Shown here: positions 1 to 12,299 of the stretch, one piece after another
Layout of the letters: the number at the start of each line of letters is the position of its first letter
How positions within the stretch are numbered: position 1 is the stretch's first letter
Source: Camelus ferus
Taxonomy: Eukaryota
Assembly: GCF_009834535.1 (NCBI RefSeq)
Contig: NC_045697.1
Span: 26,600,001 to 26,664,000, forward strand
DNA: 64,000 bases
Direction: 5' to 3'
Program-made: the position numbers and the translations under genes
The notes under the pieces: generated by a model
Told to the model about the DNA's origin: nothing
What the model saw: the letters and a program-made list of their open reading frames with translations, nothing else
Database searches by the model: none

Positions 1-492
1 GTCACCTATGTTTCTGACTGAATGGCTATAGGATTGGAGATTCCATTGACCCTTTACTCAGGTTTGATTAATTTGCCAGAGTGGCTCACAAAACTCAGAA
101 ATGTTTTTCCTAACTAGATTTTTCATGTATTATAAAAGACTATAACTCAGGGACAGCCCTATGGAAGAGATGCACAGGGAAAGATATGGGAGAAAGGCTT
201 GGAACTTCCATGCCCTCCCCAAGTAGACCATTCTCCAAATCTCTTAGGGTTCACCAACATGGGAGCTCTCTGAACCCCATCGTTTTGTGTTTTTATGGAG
301 GCTTTATTAAGTAGGCATGACTAAATGATTAAATCACTGGCCACTGGTGACTGAATTCCATCTCCAGCCCCTGTCCCCTCCTTTGAGGTCAGGGGAATGG
401 ACCTGAAAGTTCTAACCTTCTAATCACATAGTTGGCTCCACTGGCAACCAGCCCCCAACCTTAGGTGGTGTCCAAAAATCACATTCATTACA
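1..492 (-). mobile_element. MER21-like ERVL LTR fragment
   Basis: Matches remembered MER21 text (gattaatttgccagagtggctcac, ggaacttccatgccctc, tttttatggaggctttatt..gtaggcatga). Confidence 0.75.
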
Positions 493-544
493 ATTTCATA
501 TGTTCTAATCAATTATGAAAGTTAGTTGTTGAGTATATGTGTCA

Positions 545-690
545 AGAACAATCTTATGATGTGAATAGTATTATCCTGAGTTTACATGAAAGAAAATTAA
601 GGCCTAAAAAGAAATTTTCCCAGGGTCCACACAGCTTACTAGCAGACCAAGGATTACCCAGTTCCAAGTTGAGAGCTCCTTCAACTACAT
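545..690 (-). mobile_element. MIR fragment
   Basis: Degenerate core tattatcc..tttacatgaaagaaaattaaggcct..cccagggtccacacagct. Confidence 0.5.
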
Positions 691-2131
691 GAAATACATT
701 TTATCATTAAGTGTTACTATTTGAATGTGTTCTTGTTAAACATTTTGTAGGATTAAGCCTGTCAATGCTAGAAGAGTAATGCTGTATCAGGTAGAAGTTT
801 GCCAGGAGTGCCAAGATTATTCACATTTGGATGCGTGGGTAGGAAAATTCAAGCAACATCTGCTGCCCCTCCGTGGTCCAGTGCACAGAACTATAAAAAA
901 TGGAAAAAAAAATGTTTTTAAATGAACAACCAGTCCCAAAGGAACCTCTGAAGGGAGAAGGCAGACTTTAAACTGAACCACAGAATTATTTCAAAGCTAA
1001 TTAAAAGCTACAAATGTGGAAAAGAAAATTTCAATGCAGTATATTTAAAGCAAGGAAAGAATGAATTGGCAGACTGTATTCTATCCACAGCCAAACTAGA
1101 TTATCCAGCCCGGCACTACCCACCCTTTTGTTCAACTGTTTTTTTGACTAGCATGGCCTTTATTGCACTCATGAAGTAATGTGAAGAAAAGAGCATAACT
1201 CTCCTCTCCAATCATTGCAAAATGCTCCCTTGAACTAGGGAATAATTACATGAAAAATTGTATCCAAAAGTTGAAACAGGTGGTGAAACCATGGCTGAGT
1301 CATTGCCCATGGGCAATGAGAGCCTATGGAGTTAGAGGAGCCTTAGACAAAAATCATACCAGCATCTCTTTTCAGTCCAGCCACTACTGACCCAGACTGT
1401 GGACCCACATAAAGGGGAAATGAAAATAGGAGGTTGAGAGATCTCTGTGGGACCACAGTCCTTGCTCACCATCCATGGTTTTATGTTCCGTCTGTGACAG
1501 GTGATTTGCTGACCACCACACTGCTTAAGTGTAAGTCCAAAGCCACCTTAAGTAGGCATCTATGGAAAGCATCATAGGAGCACTAAGGACTTTGGAAACT
1601 GCAGAAACTACAACAGTGAAGCATCTTACTCTTCTTCAGTATTTTTGTTCCACTACTGATTGAAGAAAACAATTGTTAATTAGTCCTTCCTCTCACTCCT
1701 GCATGCCTAACCCAGAAACATTATCTCTGCTAAATTCAACCCACATTATTTACTTAAAGTAGAAAGGAAGAGAGCTTTTTCTTTGAAGCAAATAAGTAAT
1801 TACATTAAATTTTGTGCACTAAATTACAGGCTATGGGCTGCAATATACAAGTGTAAATAAATTAAATCATTAGCAAATATAATGTACACAAAAGAAAGGC
1901 AAAATGGAGTTGCTAAGGCTCTTTTTCAGGGCTGACAAAACACATTTATCCAGAGGTCAGCCTTATGACAATTTTGACTCTCTGTAGATAGGATACGTAA
2001 CTGGCTTGAACACTGGAATAATATTCATCACTAAGCACTTTACATATAATTCTATTTACCACAAGTTTATTGAGAACCCACTAGGTGCTTGATGCTGGGG
2101 AGAAAATGTTTAATGAGATTTTAGCAGAGAC

Positions 2132-2800
2132 TGTAGTCGCTAACTAACTATAGTATCCTTCCAGCCCTTCCTCCTAACATTTTGTTGAGCACATTGCTAT
2201 CCATAGAAAAGACTACATTTCCAAGACTCCCTGGCTGCTTGGGATGACCATGTTACTGAATTCTGGCCAGTGAGATGTAAGAGAGATGTGGTGTAAAACT
2301 AATAAGCAATATTCTAAAAGGGAGGAGCTATATATTTTTCCATTTCTTTCTCCCTGATATCAATTATAGTAAAGAAGTGGCTGGAGTTAGGGAGTGGCAT
2401 TGAGGCCATTAAAACATTCTCTAAGATGCTAAAGGAGGAAGCTGATTTATAGCATTAGGCTTCATGGGCCAGGAGGTCTCTTTCAAAGCTATTCAGCTGT
2501 ACCATTATAACTAAGAAGCAGCCATAAACAGTGCCTAAAAGAATGGATGTGCTCCACTAAAACTTTATTTACAAAACAGATTGCCAATACATTGACACTA
2601 GTTTACCAACCCAAGAAAAAAAGAGTAAAATGAGAAGATGGAAGGAATTTGCCAATGGAAAATATGTCATATAGCCCTTAGACTTCCTAACCTCCACACG
2701 TTCTTTCTATGAAAATAAATCCATTTCTACCTTTTTAAGGCTACTTTTATTGGAAGTGTTTCCCTATCACATAGAGTGAAAACTAAACCTAAGTATTACA
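2132..2800 (+). mobile_element. MLT1(J-like) LTR carrying a MER58A-like insertion
   Basis: TG...CA ends; gactacatttccaagactccct..gaccatgttactgaattctggccagtgagatgtaag. Confidence 0.6.
2440..2612. mobile_element. MER58A-like hAT-Charlie MITE
   Basis: aagcagccataaacagt..gaatggatgtgctccactaaaactttatttacaaaacag..gtttaccaaccc. Confidence 0.65.
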
Positions 2801-2804
2801 AATA

Positions 2805-3420
2805 CAGGATTTCTGCATCAAAGTGTTAGAATTTTGTGGGTCAGTCTGGCAGTTAAACATTGAATTTCTGTACAGTATGGAAATTGTTATGGTGATAAAA
2901 TCAAAGAATATAGAGAAGAGGTGTCAAATCTAAATGGGGAAATAGGCAGAATTAGGGAAGACTTTTTAGAGCAAGAGACAGTAAAGATGAGTTTCAAAGA
3001 TTAGCCAAATGAAGTTATCCAAATGAAGAAAATGGAAGAGAGTGTTCCAGAAAGCAGCAGCAGGATATGCAAACATCCCCAAGTGATCATGAAAGCCAGA
3101 TCACGAGGAGCTTTATGTGACAAATAAAAGAATCTTATCTTTATCCTAAAGATATTGGTTCATCAAGGACTGTATCGGTGGAAGTGATTCTATTAGGTTT
3201 GCATTTTAAGAATATCAGTTTGGCTACAGGTGTGAGGGTGGTAGGAGATGGGGAGGACAGAAGGTAGAGAAATCAGTTGTGAAGGATTTGTAATAATCCA
3301 CAGAAATGAGAGTGGACCTGGCTAAGGTGACAGTAGTAGATCTGGAAAGATGGGCTTGACTTGAGATTTAGAAGGTAGAACTTCTGATATGGGGATAGAT
3401 TGGATTGAAGAAGTGGACGG
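2805..3420 (-). mobile_element. L2 fragment (continues the piece at ~2050-2125)
   Basis: Purine-rich L2-like text: gggaagactttttagag, gagagtgttccagaaagcag, ttttaagaatatcagtttggct, atttagaaggtagaa. Confidence 0.6.
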
Positions 3421-4249
3421 TAAACAACAGAGAGAAGTTCCTTGTTCATCCCTCCAATGTTAGACCTTTTTCCATAACACCAAAAATTTAAAACTTGAAA
3501 TTAATGGTTTACCCAGTATTGCAGCCTCACAGAAGATCAGAAGTGGCAAACAGGAAAGGCTGTTGAGAGGGCTTTTAAAGGCTGCTAACCCAACAAAAGT
3601 AGTGACAGATGAGAGTCTGCTATTGAGAAAAGGGTCAAAGCTGTATGTGGACAAGGAAATTGACAAGGGTTCATAATTATTATCCTGGGTCATCTATAAA
3701 TGCTAAAAATGCCTTCCATTACCTTCCGCTTAAGCAGGCAAGAAACCAAGCTATACATTTTAAAAATATACCATAATAAATATGTTTAAATGTTCAAAGT
3801 GTTGATGTTTCAAGAGGCAGTGTTCGTTTAACTGGAAATTTCACTTGTACGGTATATCTTATTCTCCAAAGAAGTTATCTAAATGAGGCATACATCTATT
3901 AATAGTCTTTTGCTAATTTAGGTTTTGAGTTCTCTAGCTGTTAATTGATTGTTTTTAATTTTTTCCCACTTTTCCTATTAAATAGTACGACTTTGGGGAA
4001 TAGTGAAATGAATTAATTATATTGATGTGCTTAGAAGTGCAGAGCCAGAAAGGACCTTTAGAGGTCAAACAGCTGAAAGGTCCTCCCTCCTGCTGCCATT
4101 ACTCTCTGTAGCCTGGATACTTGCTACTTATTCTTTAGTCACAGCTCTGGTTTTACTTCCTCAGACTCAACTAAATCCATTGTGCTAATGCCTTACATTT
4201 CATTCGCCACATCATGTAATGGTCACCCATTAATGAGCCAACTTCTTCA

Positions 4250-4370
4250 ACTACGTGAATTCCTTCAGAGTAGGACAATGCTCAGTTGTCCTTATAAGTC
4301 TGATGTAGCACAGTGCTTGGCACAAAACAGGTTCTCAATAAATGTGTATTAAATAAAGGCATGAATTAAA
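4250..4370 (+). mobile_element. L2 3' end
   Basis: tagcacagtgcttggcacaaaacaggttctcaataaatgtgtattaaataaa. Confidence 0.65.
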
Positions 4371-6817
4371 CCCTGCCTTTGCCTTCAACTACAATTTTCT
4401 CTCAAGCCACCAATGGACAATTAGAATGCAGCCTATTTTGAAGGAAGGGGATATCATCATATTTATGCTTTATTACCGTAACTACTAAAAGCCAGCTACA
4501 TGAATGATTAAAACATCAACCACATTTGCTTTCTCAAAACCTTTCATAGAACTCCAAGTGTCTGGTCCCACAATAGTTTCTTGGAAAATTTGGGGAACCC
4601 TTTGTGATCTATAACTATGAAGAAACAGATCATATCCTAGTTCCAATTTTTTTTTTTCAGGTTTTGCCATCTATCTTTGTTTGCTTTTGTTTAGATTTCA
4701 CAATGGGGCATTAAATTCTTCTTACTTCACATTGTGTGCTGACTCAGATTTTCCTAAAAAATTCTTGTATTTTGCAACCTACTCCTTTTTTTTAATGAGG
4801 ACACAACAGCAACATGCATCCACTCACCTTAATTTTTTCTTCACCCTTAAAAGAGTCCCTTCCGAAGTGTACTTGAACTGCATAGCTGAGCTGACATTGC
4901 AGATCTAGCTAGCAATTCCATTTGTCCCATCTGAAATCATACTGGCAGAATTGCTGCCTGGAGGGATGGGAAAGGCAACATTTTGTAGAAGGTGATGTTC
5001 AAATACAGGTGTGTCTTAGTAGTGAGATACAGGTGATTTTTCCTTGAACACTGGACACTGTGGATGGTTGGTGATTAGTCCACAATAACGTGCACTACAG
5101 TGTTTCTAAGTTCCCCTAACATCTTCTGTCTTAATTTTGCCTACAGCATGCTCTAGCCATGCTTTTTAACCTCTCTTCCTAGGTTCTCACCCTAATTCTT
5201 CCATTGTTTTCCTTCTTTTTGCCTCTGGACCTAACAAGAGATCAGACTGAGCAACATCTGTTCAGTGCCTACTTAACTGTATTACACTGTGAAAAGATAA
5301 GGAGGGAAAAACATCTTTCTGTCCCTTCCTCCGGGTAAACTGTTCACTGTCAAAAACCATTAAATTGGCATTTGGAGCAATTTCTCACTTTCACTTGTTA
5401 TTAAAAAGAACATTGTTGCCTGTCCAATGGAGTCAATTTAGAGAGATATAAACTTAGCCAAATTAGCTGTTTCCTTGCACGTCTTTAAGTCAACTGGTTC
5501 CAACAGTAGAGGAACCAGCATTGTATTCACAAAAGGTGTACATCAGCTGTAGGTTGATCTAGAAGTAATAAGAATGATGCTTGATACTGATTATTTCCAT
5601 TACTGGATAGATCTAGTTACTGCTTTAAGAGATGATAAAATTTTTATGGAAACTATAACTTTCTTAAATATTTCCTCTAAAACAGCCTTTTTCTGTGTTT
5701 CTGGAAATCAGAATAGCTGTATATTGCCCTTTGTCTTTCTCTCATCTATATTTCTTAATGTCTTTTTTTATTTTTAATCTCCTTCTCTCTCTGAGAGGAA
5801 GTCTGTCACCAAGTTCTGCCACTGAAGTCCTTGCCCATCATCTCAGAACTATGTAAAGTCTCCAGCATAAATTCTGGACATTGGTTATACATGAAGAGCG
5901 CACCAGTGACATGGTTAAGAATGACTCAGAAAGTGAAGTCCAGATGCCATTCAATATAATAAAAGAATCACATGTAGTACCTTAGACTGGATCAATAGTT
6001 AACTATTATGAAAGTCATAAACTCTTCTGTAAAAATTAAGCATACAGTCATAAACATAAATAATACAGGGTCTTGATCTGGGATTCCATATTCTTACAAA
6101 ATTTAAATTAAAAAACCATGCTAAAAATTTGCTTTTACTCATCTGTGCCTATTAATTTTATCAATGCCACTAAAATCAGGCCATTTTTTTCACTAAAATT
6201 TATTATCTAGCTAGAAAAGATATTGATTATTAAATTAATTTGTGAGAAGGTAACTATATTTGACAAAGCAAGTAAGATAGAAATATTATGTTCCCCAACT
6301 CTTACTTTCTTAACCGCTAAGTAAAGATCTGCGCAAATATACTTGAACTGCTGACCTGAGATGATCTGCTTCTACTGAGAACTAAAACAGTTAACATAAT
6401 TCTTTTCTCTTTTGGTGAAATGGGTAGCTCTGTGATAAATTTTTTATCATGTATAGCTAACTGTCTCTCCCCTGACTCCATCCACACCTTCAAAAATATT
6501 TGGAAATTAGAAACACAGAAATTATTGTTATTAGTATGGCTTTAATGATGTCTTTGAGCCAGACAGTCAATAATACTGTCTAGTGTCCACTATGGTCTTA
6601 CAGTGCACTGACGATTTTACAAAAAGTAGAAGATAAACTCCCAATACCCTTTTTAATTTTATACAGATAAGAATATTAAAGCCTAGAAGAAGAATGGACC
6701 CTGTATCCCACAGAACTATTAAAAGAAAAGCAGTGTATTTTAAGTGTACAATACAGATTCTATTATAGTATCATTGTTTATAGTATCATGGTATATTACA
6801 TGTACCATTATTTATAG

Positions 6818-6990
6818 TTAGAATTGTTATATTTAGCAAATAAAAATAGAAAATATCCAGTTAAATTTGAATTTTGTGTAAGCAACAAATACATTTTTGC
6901 TATAAGTATATCCCAAATAGTGCATGGGATATATTTATGCTACTAAAAACGCATTTTTTAGATTTCCTGTAATTTACCTAGCAGTGCTAT
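6818..6990. mobile_element. MER53-like palindromic hAT MITE
   Basis: atttagcaaataaaaata..ccagttaaatttgaattt..tataagtatatcccaaatagtgcatgggatatatttat (central inverted repeat). Confidence 0.75.
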
Positions 6991-7192
6991 TTATATTTTA
7001 TTGATTATCTCCATGTTACAGATGAGAAAATTGAAGTATAAAGTACCACAAACCATTAAAGGAAGAGCAATGTGCATTAAGGCTATAACATTGATTCTGT
7101 TTGCCAAATGGTTGAAACCAGAGCTGTGGAGAAATTACATCATGTCACTTCTAGTGGTGCTTAAACTTCACAAGGAGAGATGGCTGTAACTT

Positions 7193-7619
7193 TGTAACAT
7201 CTATGCCCATAGTTCTCTCAGGGCTGCAGACAGTTCCCAGCTCTATGAAAAGTTTCCGACCACAAGGGCCTCTTCTCTCTGCTTGTCTTTTTCTCTGCCT
7301 GAGTGAGTGTTCTCTCCAGCACCTCAGGAGTTTGCCAGACTGCACTCAGATGCAACCTGGAAGTGCCAGGAATGCTTCTGTCAGCACTGATAAGGCAGTG
7401 GGAGAAAGAGGAGAGGAGAGAGATGACCAGCCTCCCCATCCTTGTAGAAGGTCACCTGAAGAATTGCTCCCCAAGGATTCATAGTTATAACCCGCCTCTC
7501 TTCTCCGTCCCTGCCTCCCTCCCTGCTTTCCTTTGCGCCTCCTAAGTGCACTAGCTAAAACCTATATTAAGTAAGTCCTTGTTCCATGGACTGCTCTTCT
7601 AGGAACCCAAACCCAGACA
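7193..7619 (+). mobile_element. ERVL solo LTR (LTR16/LTR33-like)
   Basis: TG start; typical 3' end ctgctcttctaggaacccaaacccagaCA; internal gcaacctggaagtgccagg. Confidence 0.6.
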
Positions 7620-8922
7620 CTGGTCTAGAAAATAAATTGCTGAGAGGAAATCGAAAAGGCTATATTCCAACTGACGGTTCTACTTCATCGACACTTTGAA
7701 AAATGGGAAGGTTCTCATCACTCTCTTCATAAGGAAGTATGGTTTATATCAAACCAGCTTCAGATGGAGCAGAGAAAGCAATGAAGTTGGGCTTCCACAA
7801 ATAGAATATTGGAGGTTTAGGTTCAAAACAATGGCAATTGATAGAAAATAGGGGTCACCCCTACAGTCTTCTTCACCCTCACCTCTTGTGTTTTCATTAC
7901 CATTTTCTTCCTCAGGCCACAGATACCCACTGCCCTGGCTCGTGCTTTGCTTTTCCTTTATTATAACATTGAATCTTTAGTTTCAATAAAATATTGATGT
8001 GCTCTCCTAGAAAGGCAGCCCAAACTTTGATACTTTCTTTGAATTATGTGCAGGATGCTGTAGAGCTGCAGCTCTCTCAGGATGACCCCTAATATGCCTC
8101 CTCCAGGAAAGCAGTTAATGTGCCTTCCAATTTCATGGGGCTGTTACTTTTATTGACATTTATCCTGGAAGCCAAAGAAAGTTACATGATCTCAATAATG
8201 ACGGAGTTGCCTTGTGAGATTGTGCAGGACATAAATATTCATTAGAACTAAGCCTTGTGTCTTCCTGAAAGTTGACTAGATAAGGTCAGTAAGAATTCAT
8301 GTTGGAAATGTGTTCATCTGAACCAAATAATGAATCCATTTGTCATAATGATTAACTTGGAGAGAGCAATTATAAATGAGAGAAATGTTTTCCTTTTATT
8401 AAACTTTTGCTTGCTTATAGTGTATCCTACCAATGAGCCACGGGATTCGTATGTATGGTAATTACCAGGAATGCACAGTTTTATGCAGAAGGAATTTTAT
8501 GCTTTCTCATAATTTATAAGACTTTAAGCCTTTTGATAAACCCCTGTTTATCACTTGGAAATAGCCATCCTCTTAAAATGGTGAGGGGGAAAGTGGTTTC
8601 TTTATTGGAAATTTTCTGGGTTTTCAAACTGGAATAATTTTTTATAGTCTTTAGTAGTAGTTCATAAGAGGAAAAGGTTGATGTAAAAATCTCCTATTGA
8701 GAGCTGATCAGTAACATTATAACATCTAATTAATAAACCAATGTTGAAGCTATGTTCTTTTTACAAAAGAAATGTTCTTCTACTTGAGATATTTATACAT
8801 TTCTGTTATAACACTTTAAAACTATTTTTAAAGTCTTAAAGTTTTAATGTTTCTTAAATATCTCTAACTGCATGCTTAAATCACCATCTCTTTTACACAC
8901 TCTCTTTCTCACTCTCTTTAAG

Positions 8923-8946
8923 AAGCAAAATATGCATCTGACAATG
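8923..8946 (+). other. Candidate 24-nt microexon (host gene unknown)
   Basis: CTAAC branch point 8864-8868, TGCATG 8869-8874, long pyrimidine tract, AG 8921-8922, donor ATG|GTGAGT. Confidence 0.4.
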
Positions 8947-10039
8947 GTGAGTACTTTATCATGCCATTTTAAGTGATTCTATTATTTTTCTATTAATTAC
9001 ATAATCATAATCAGTTTTGAGAATCTGAAATATGTATTAAAGCTTTTTCAAGGAAAGTTAACCCTGTTTCAAGGGAAAAATGCCTTTGGAGGAAGTAAAT
9101 ATGTTCAGCTGATTAGGAGGGCTATGATTTCCAACCTTGGATTATATAAAATGAAGACTTAGAGCTATTGTATGCAGAATCAAATGGAGATTGTAGAGAG
9201 AAACAGGAAGATTTTCTAAATGACAGATATTTATTATCTATATTATCATCTACATCTATATTATGGTCCCAGGATTTTCTTCTCTTTCTCTGCCTTATAG
9301 CCTCTGAATTTCACCATCCTTTAAGGGAATTCTAGGGGACAGTCTCGTCCCCTATTCCCTGTGAAATGTGTGACTGATTTTCTGGAGGAGAATGGACAAG
9401 TCTGATTTCAACCTCTGTTCACACCAAACTGTATCCATTAACTATTATTCACACCCTGTCATATTTATGGGAAGGTAGAAACTTCAGTTTTTAATGTCAT
9501 AAAAATTAGTTATTTTCTGCATTGTACAGTATACAAGGTGCTCGCAACATATATTAATATGGATATTAATTGTCCTGCTAGTCACATAGTGTTCATGACA
9601 CTGTAAAAGTTGTTGCTTTTTCTCCCATTTAATTCAGTGCATCAGATACCTTAGATTATGTAGACATTGCCAGTACAGAAGGAAATTTTGCTCTTCCAAG
9701 TCATTAGTGGTCTGCCCTTCTACTCAGTGTTATAGGTACAGTGCAGACATAATTAGACTCGCTCCAGTTAGTCATCTTATAGTTAAATTACACATTTAAC
9801 TACCAGCAGACATAAAATTATGTAGGTTGATGCATTAGAGGGAGAAAGGGGTGCCAAGGGAGGGCAGTCTGTGAATTTTCTGGGAAGAGCCCTCCAAAGG
9901 GTATGGAAAAATACTCAATTTTTAAGCCAGTGAAGAGGAATTCACAGTTCATGAAAGAGAAAAAAAGTGGTTTCCACAAATCAAAATAATGAGTTGGCCT
10001 CTTCCTTTTTCTGGAGCTGAGAAAGAAGACCCTTTCATC

Positions 10040-10238
10040 CAGTGATGTGATAGAGCCAGCAGGTAATTAGGAAAGCCAATTGTGTGTGTCTCTTCCCAAC
10101 TCCATCTTCAATGACATCACCTTGGTAGCTGTAAATCAGCAAGGTGGGAGTATTTACACCATGGAAATTGTAAAATGCTACAAACCATGACATTATCTCC
10201 AGGGAGCTGATTGTTACACATATACCAATACACCTTTG
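10040..10238. mobile_element. MER63-like hAT-Blackjack MITE
   Basis: cagtgatgtg..tctcttcccaactcc..gacatcaccttggtagct..ggtgggagtatttacaccatggaaat..accaatacacc. Confidence 0.75.
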
Positions 10239-10929
10239 CTTCCATTAAAGGACTTATTTGATGAATTGACTGCCTGAGGAAATGTTGGCAGGATGCTCTG
10301 GCAAATATGTTAGACATACATTTCCCTGGCTGCTAACAGCTCTCAAGCAGCTCTCACATGGGTTAGTTACCAGTGATGAGACATTCATTAAGTGAAAGCA
10401 CGTTAACTACACCATCATTCTACCCATTCAGAAATGTTACTGTATTTGTCAGAACTCAACCTACCTCTTTCACAGTAACTATGTCTAAAAATGGCATAGC
10501 AGCCATTTTGAAATGTGCAGTGTTAACAAAGCTTGATTTTTTTTTTCTGAATTTAGATAACCATTTGTTTTGGCAAAGTATAGACCAGGGCAGAATGTGT
10601 TCAGCATGCTTACATTTAGGCACACACTTTGTTTTTTCCTAAAGGATGTTTTTGCCTTCTTTCTCTTTTGAAACTGAGAGGCTTGTGAATGACATTTGGC
10701 AGCGGGAGGCAGGATTTAATTAAGTCTTGTCTTTAAGAAGGTGTGAGAAATGCCAAAAGTCACAAATAGACTGACTGTCTGAAGAATATCACTAGGTAAC
10801 TCCAGCATTAATGGATGCAAGCATCTACCCAGTTCACTTTAGATGTGACCTATAGAAATAGGAATTACTTATCCAGAGCAAAATTCATGGTACATGATCA
10901 AACTTTTATAGTTAGAAGATAAGGATTTT

Positions 10930-11378
10930 TTAAATACACCTTTTAGAGCAGTTTTGATTCACTGCAAAATTGAAGAGAAAGTACATAGTTAACATAAACT
11001 CCCTTCCCCCATGCATGCACAGCCTCCCCTACTATCAGCATTCTTCACCAAAGTGGAACATTTGTTACAATTGATGAACTTACATTAAAACATCATTATC
11101 ATCTCAAGTCCATAGCTTAAATTAGCGTTCATTCTTGGTTTGGTACATTATGTAGGTTTGGACAAATGTATAATGATGTGTATCCACCTTTATAGTATCA
11201 TATAGAATACTTTCACTGAACTAAAAATCCTCTGTGCTTCATCTCTATCTGCTTCCTTCTCCCCTAAGCCTTGGCAAATATTAATCTCTTTACTGTTCCT
11301 GTAGTTTTGCCTTTTCCAGAATGTCATATATTGTTGGTATTGTACAGTAGGTAGCCTTTACAGATTGACTTCTTTCTG
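10930..11378 (-). mobile_element. Old L1 (L1MC/MB-like) 3' end
   Basis: ttttagagcagttt..caaaattga..gaaagtaca..acatttgttacaattgatgaac..gttttgccttttccagaatgtcatata. Confidence 0.75.
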
Positions 11379-11387
11379 TTTGTTTAG

Positions 11388-11562
11388 TCTTTTTTTTTCA
11401 TTGAAGTGAAGTCAGTTACAATGTGTCAATTTCTGATGTATAATATAGCACAATGGCCCAGGCATGCATATACACACATATATTTATTTTCATATTCTTT
11501 TTCATTAAAGGTTGTTACAAGATATTGAACATAGTTCCCTGTACTATACAGAAGAAACTTGT
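11388..11562 (-). mobile_element. Short lineage-specific L1 3' end
   Basis: polyT then attgaagt..gtcagttacaatgtgtcaatttctg..ttacaagatattgaacatagttccctgtactatacagaagaaa; reverse complement resembles 13530-13690. Confidence 0.8.
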
Positions 11563-11720
11563 ACCTTTACCTAATACTTGTATCTGTACTTATCTGCATC
11601 CATAATATCTTATATGTATATCAATATTCACATAGAGATATAGATACATCAATATAGATATAGCTATACATTGCCATAATGACCAGTTAAAACAATATAA
11701 ACATTTTATGCACCACTTTT

Positions 11721-11760
11721 TTTCTATAATCATTTGCATTTTTCTATAATCATTTGCATT
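11721..11760. repeat. Perfect 20-bp tandem duplication
   Basis: tttctataatcatttgcatt occurs twice in direct succession. Confidence 0.9.
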
Positions 11761-12299
11761 CTACAAAATACTACGATACCCTAGTGAAGGTCAGTGACAG
11801 CATGTATCATACATCTTTTGCTAGCAACAAGAGTACAGTAGTTGTTCAAATATTTATTATGGAATATTTTATTAAATCATAACTTTTCTTCTTTTGCAAG
11901 ATGATTGATTTTTTGCAATTAGTTTTAAACCACTTGTCAATAGAAATGACTATCATTACAAATTAGCCAAAATTATAAGACTCTATTATACTAGAAGCAA
12001 TAATTCACACATGCAACAGCACACTGACCCCTAGTAACCTTTGTGACTTACTGTTCCCAGGGTGTGACACTGAACTCCCATGAAGTAAGATGTTCCACTT
12101 TCTAGTTGTTTTAGGCAAAAAATAAGAACAGTGAGTAACATTAATTTCTAAATATGTTTGTTGAGATAAAAGGTGAGTGGTAAATTTTGCAATTAAAAAC
12201 TATGTTTTTCTTTATAGAAAATTTTCCATTTCGTGTATATACATTGTGAACCATATATTAAGTGATGTCATTGAAAAATCTTTAAGATCAAGATTACAC

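Noticed and set aside
1490..1540. gtgacag|30 nt|gtaagt exon-like segment (1501-1530)
   Set aside because: Weak pyrimidine tract and weak exonic donor context (AGT|gt); plausible by chance.
7151..7545. Four overlapping short ORFs
   Set aside because: Within an LTR remnant; chance ORFs.
12095..12180. ttttag..gtgagt and AAG|GTGAGT splice-like signals
   Set aside because: Would give a 16-nt frame-shifting or stop-rich exon; no other support.
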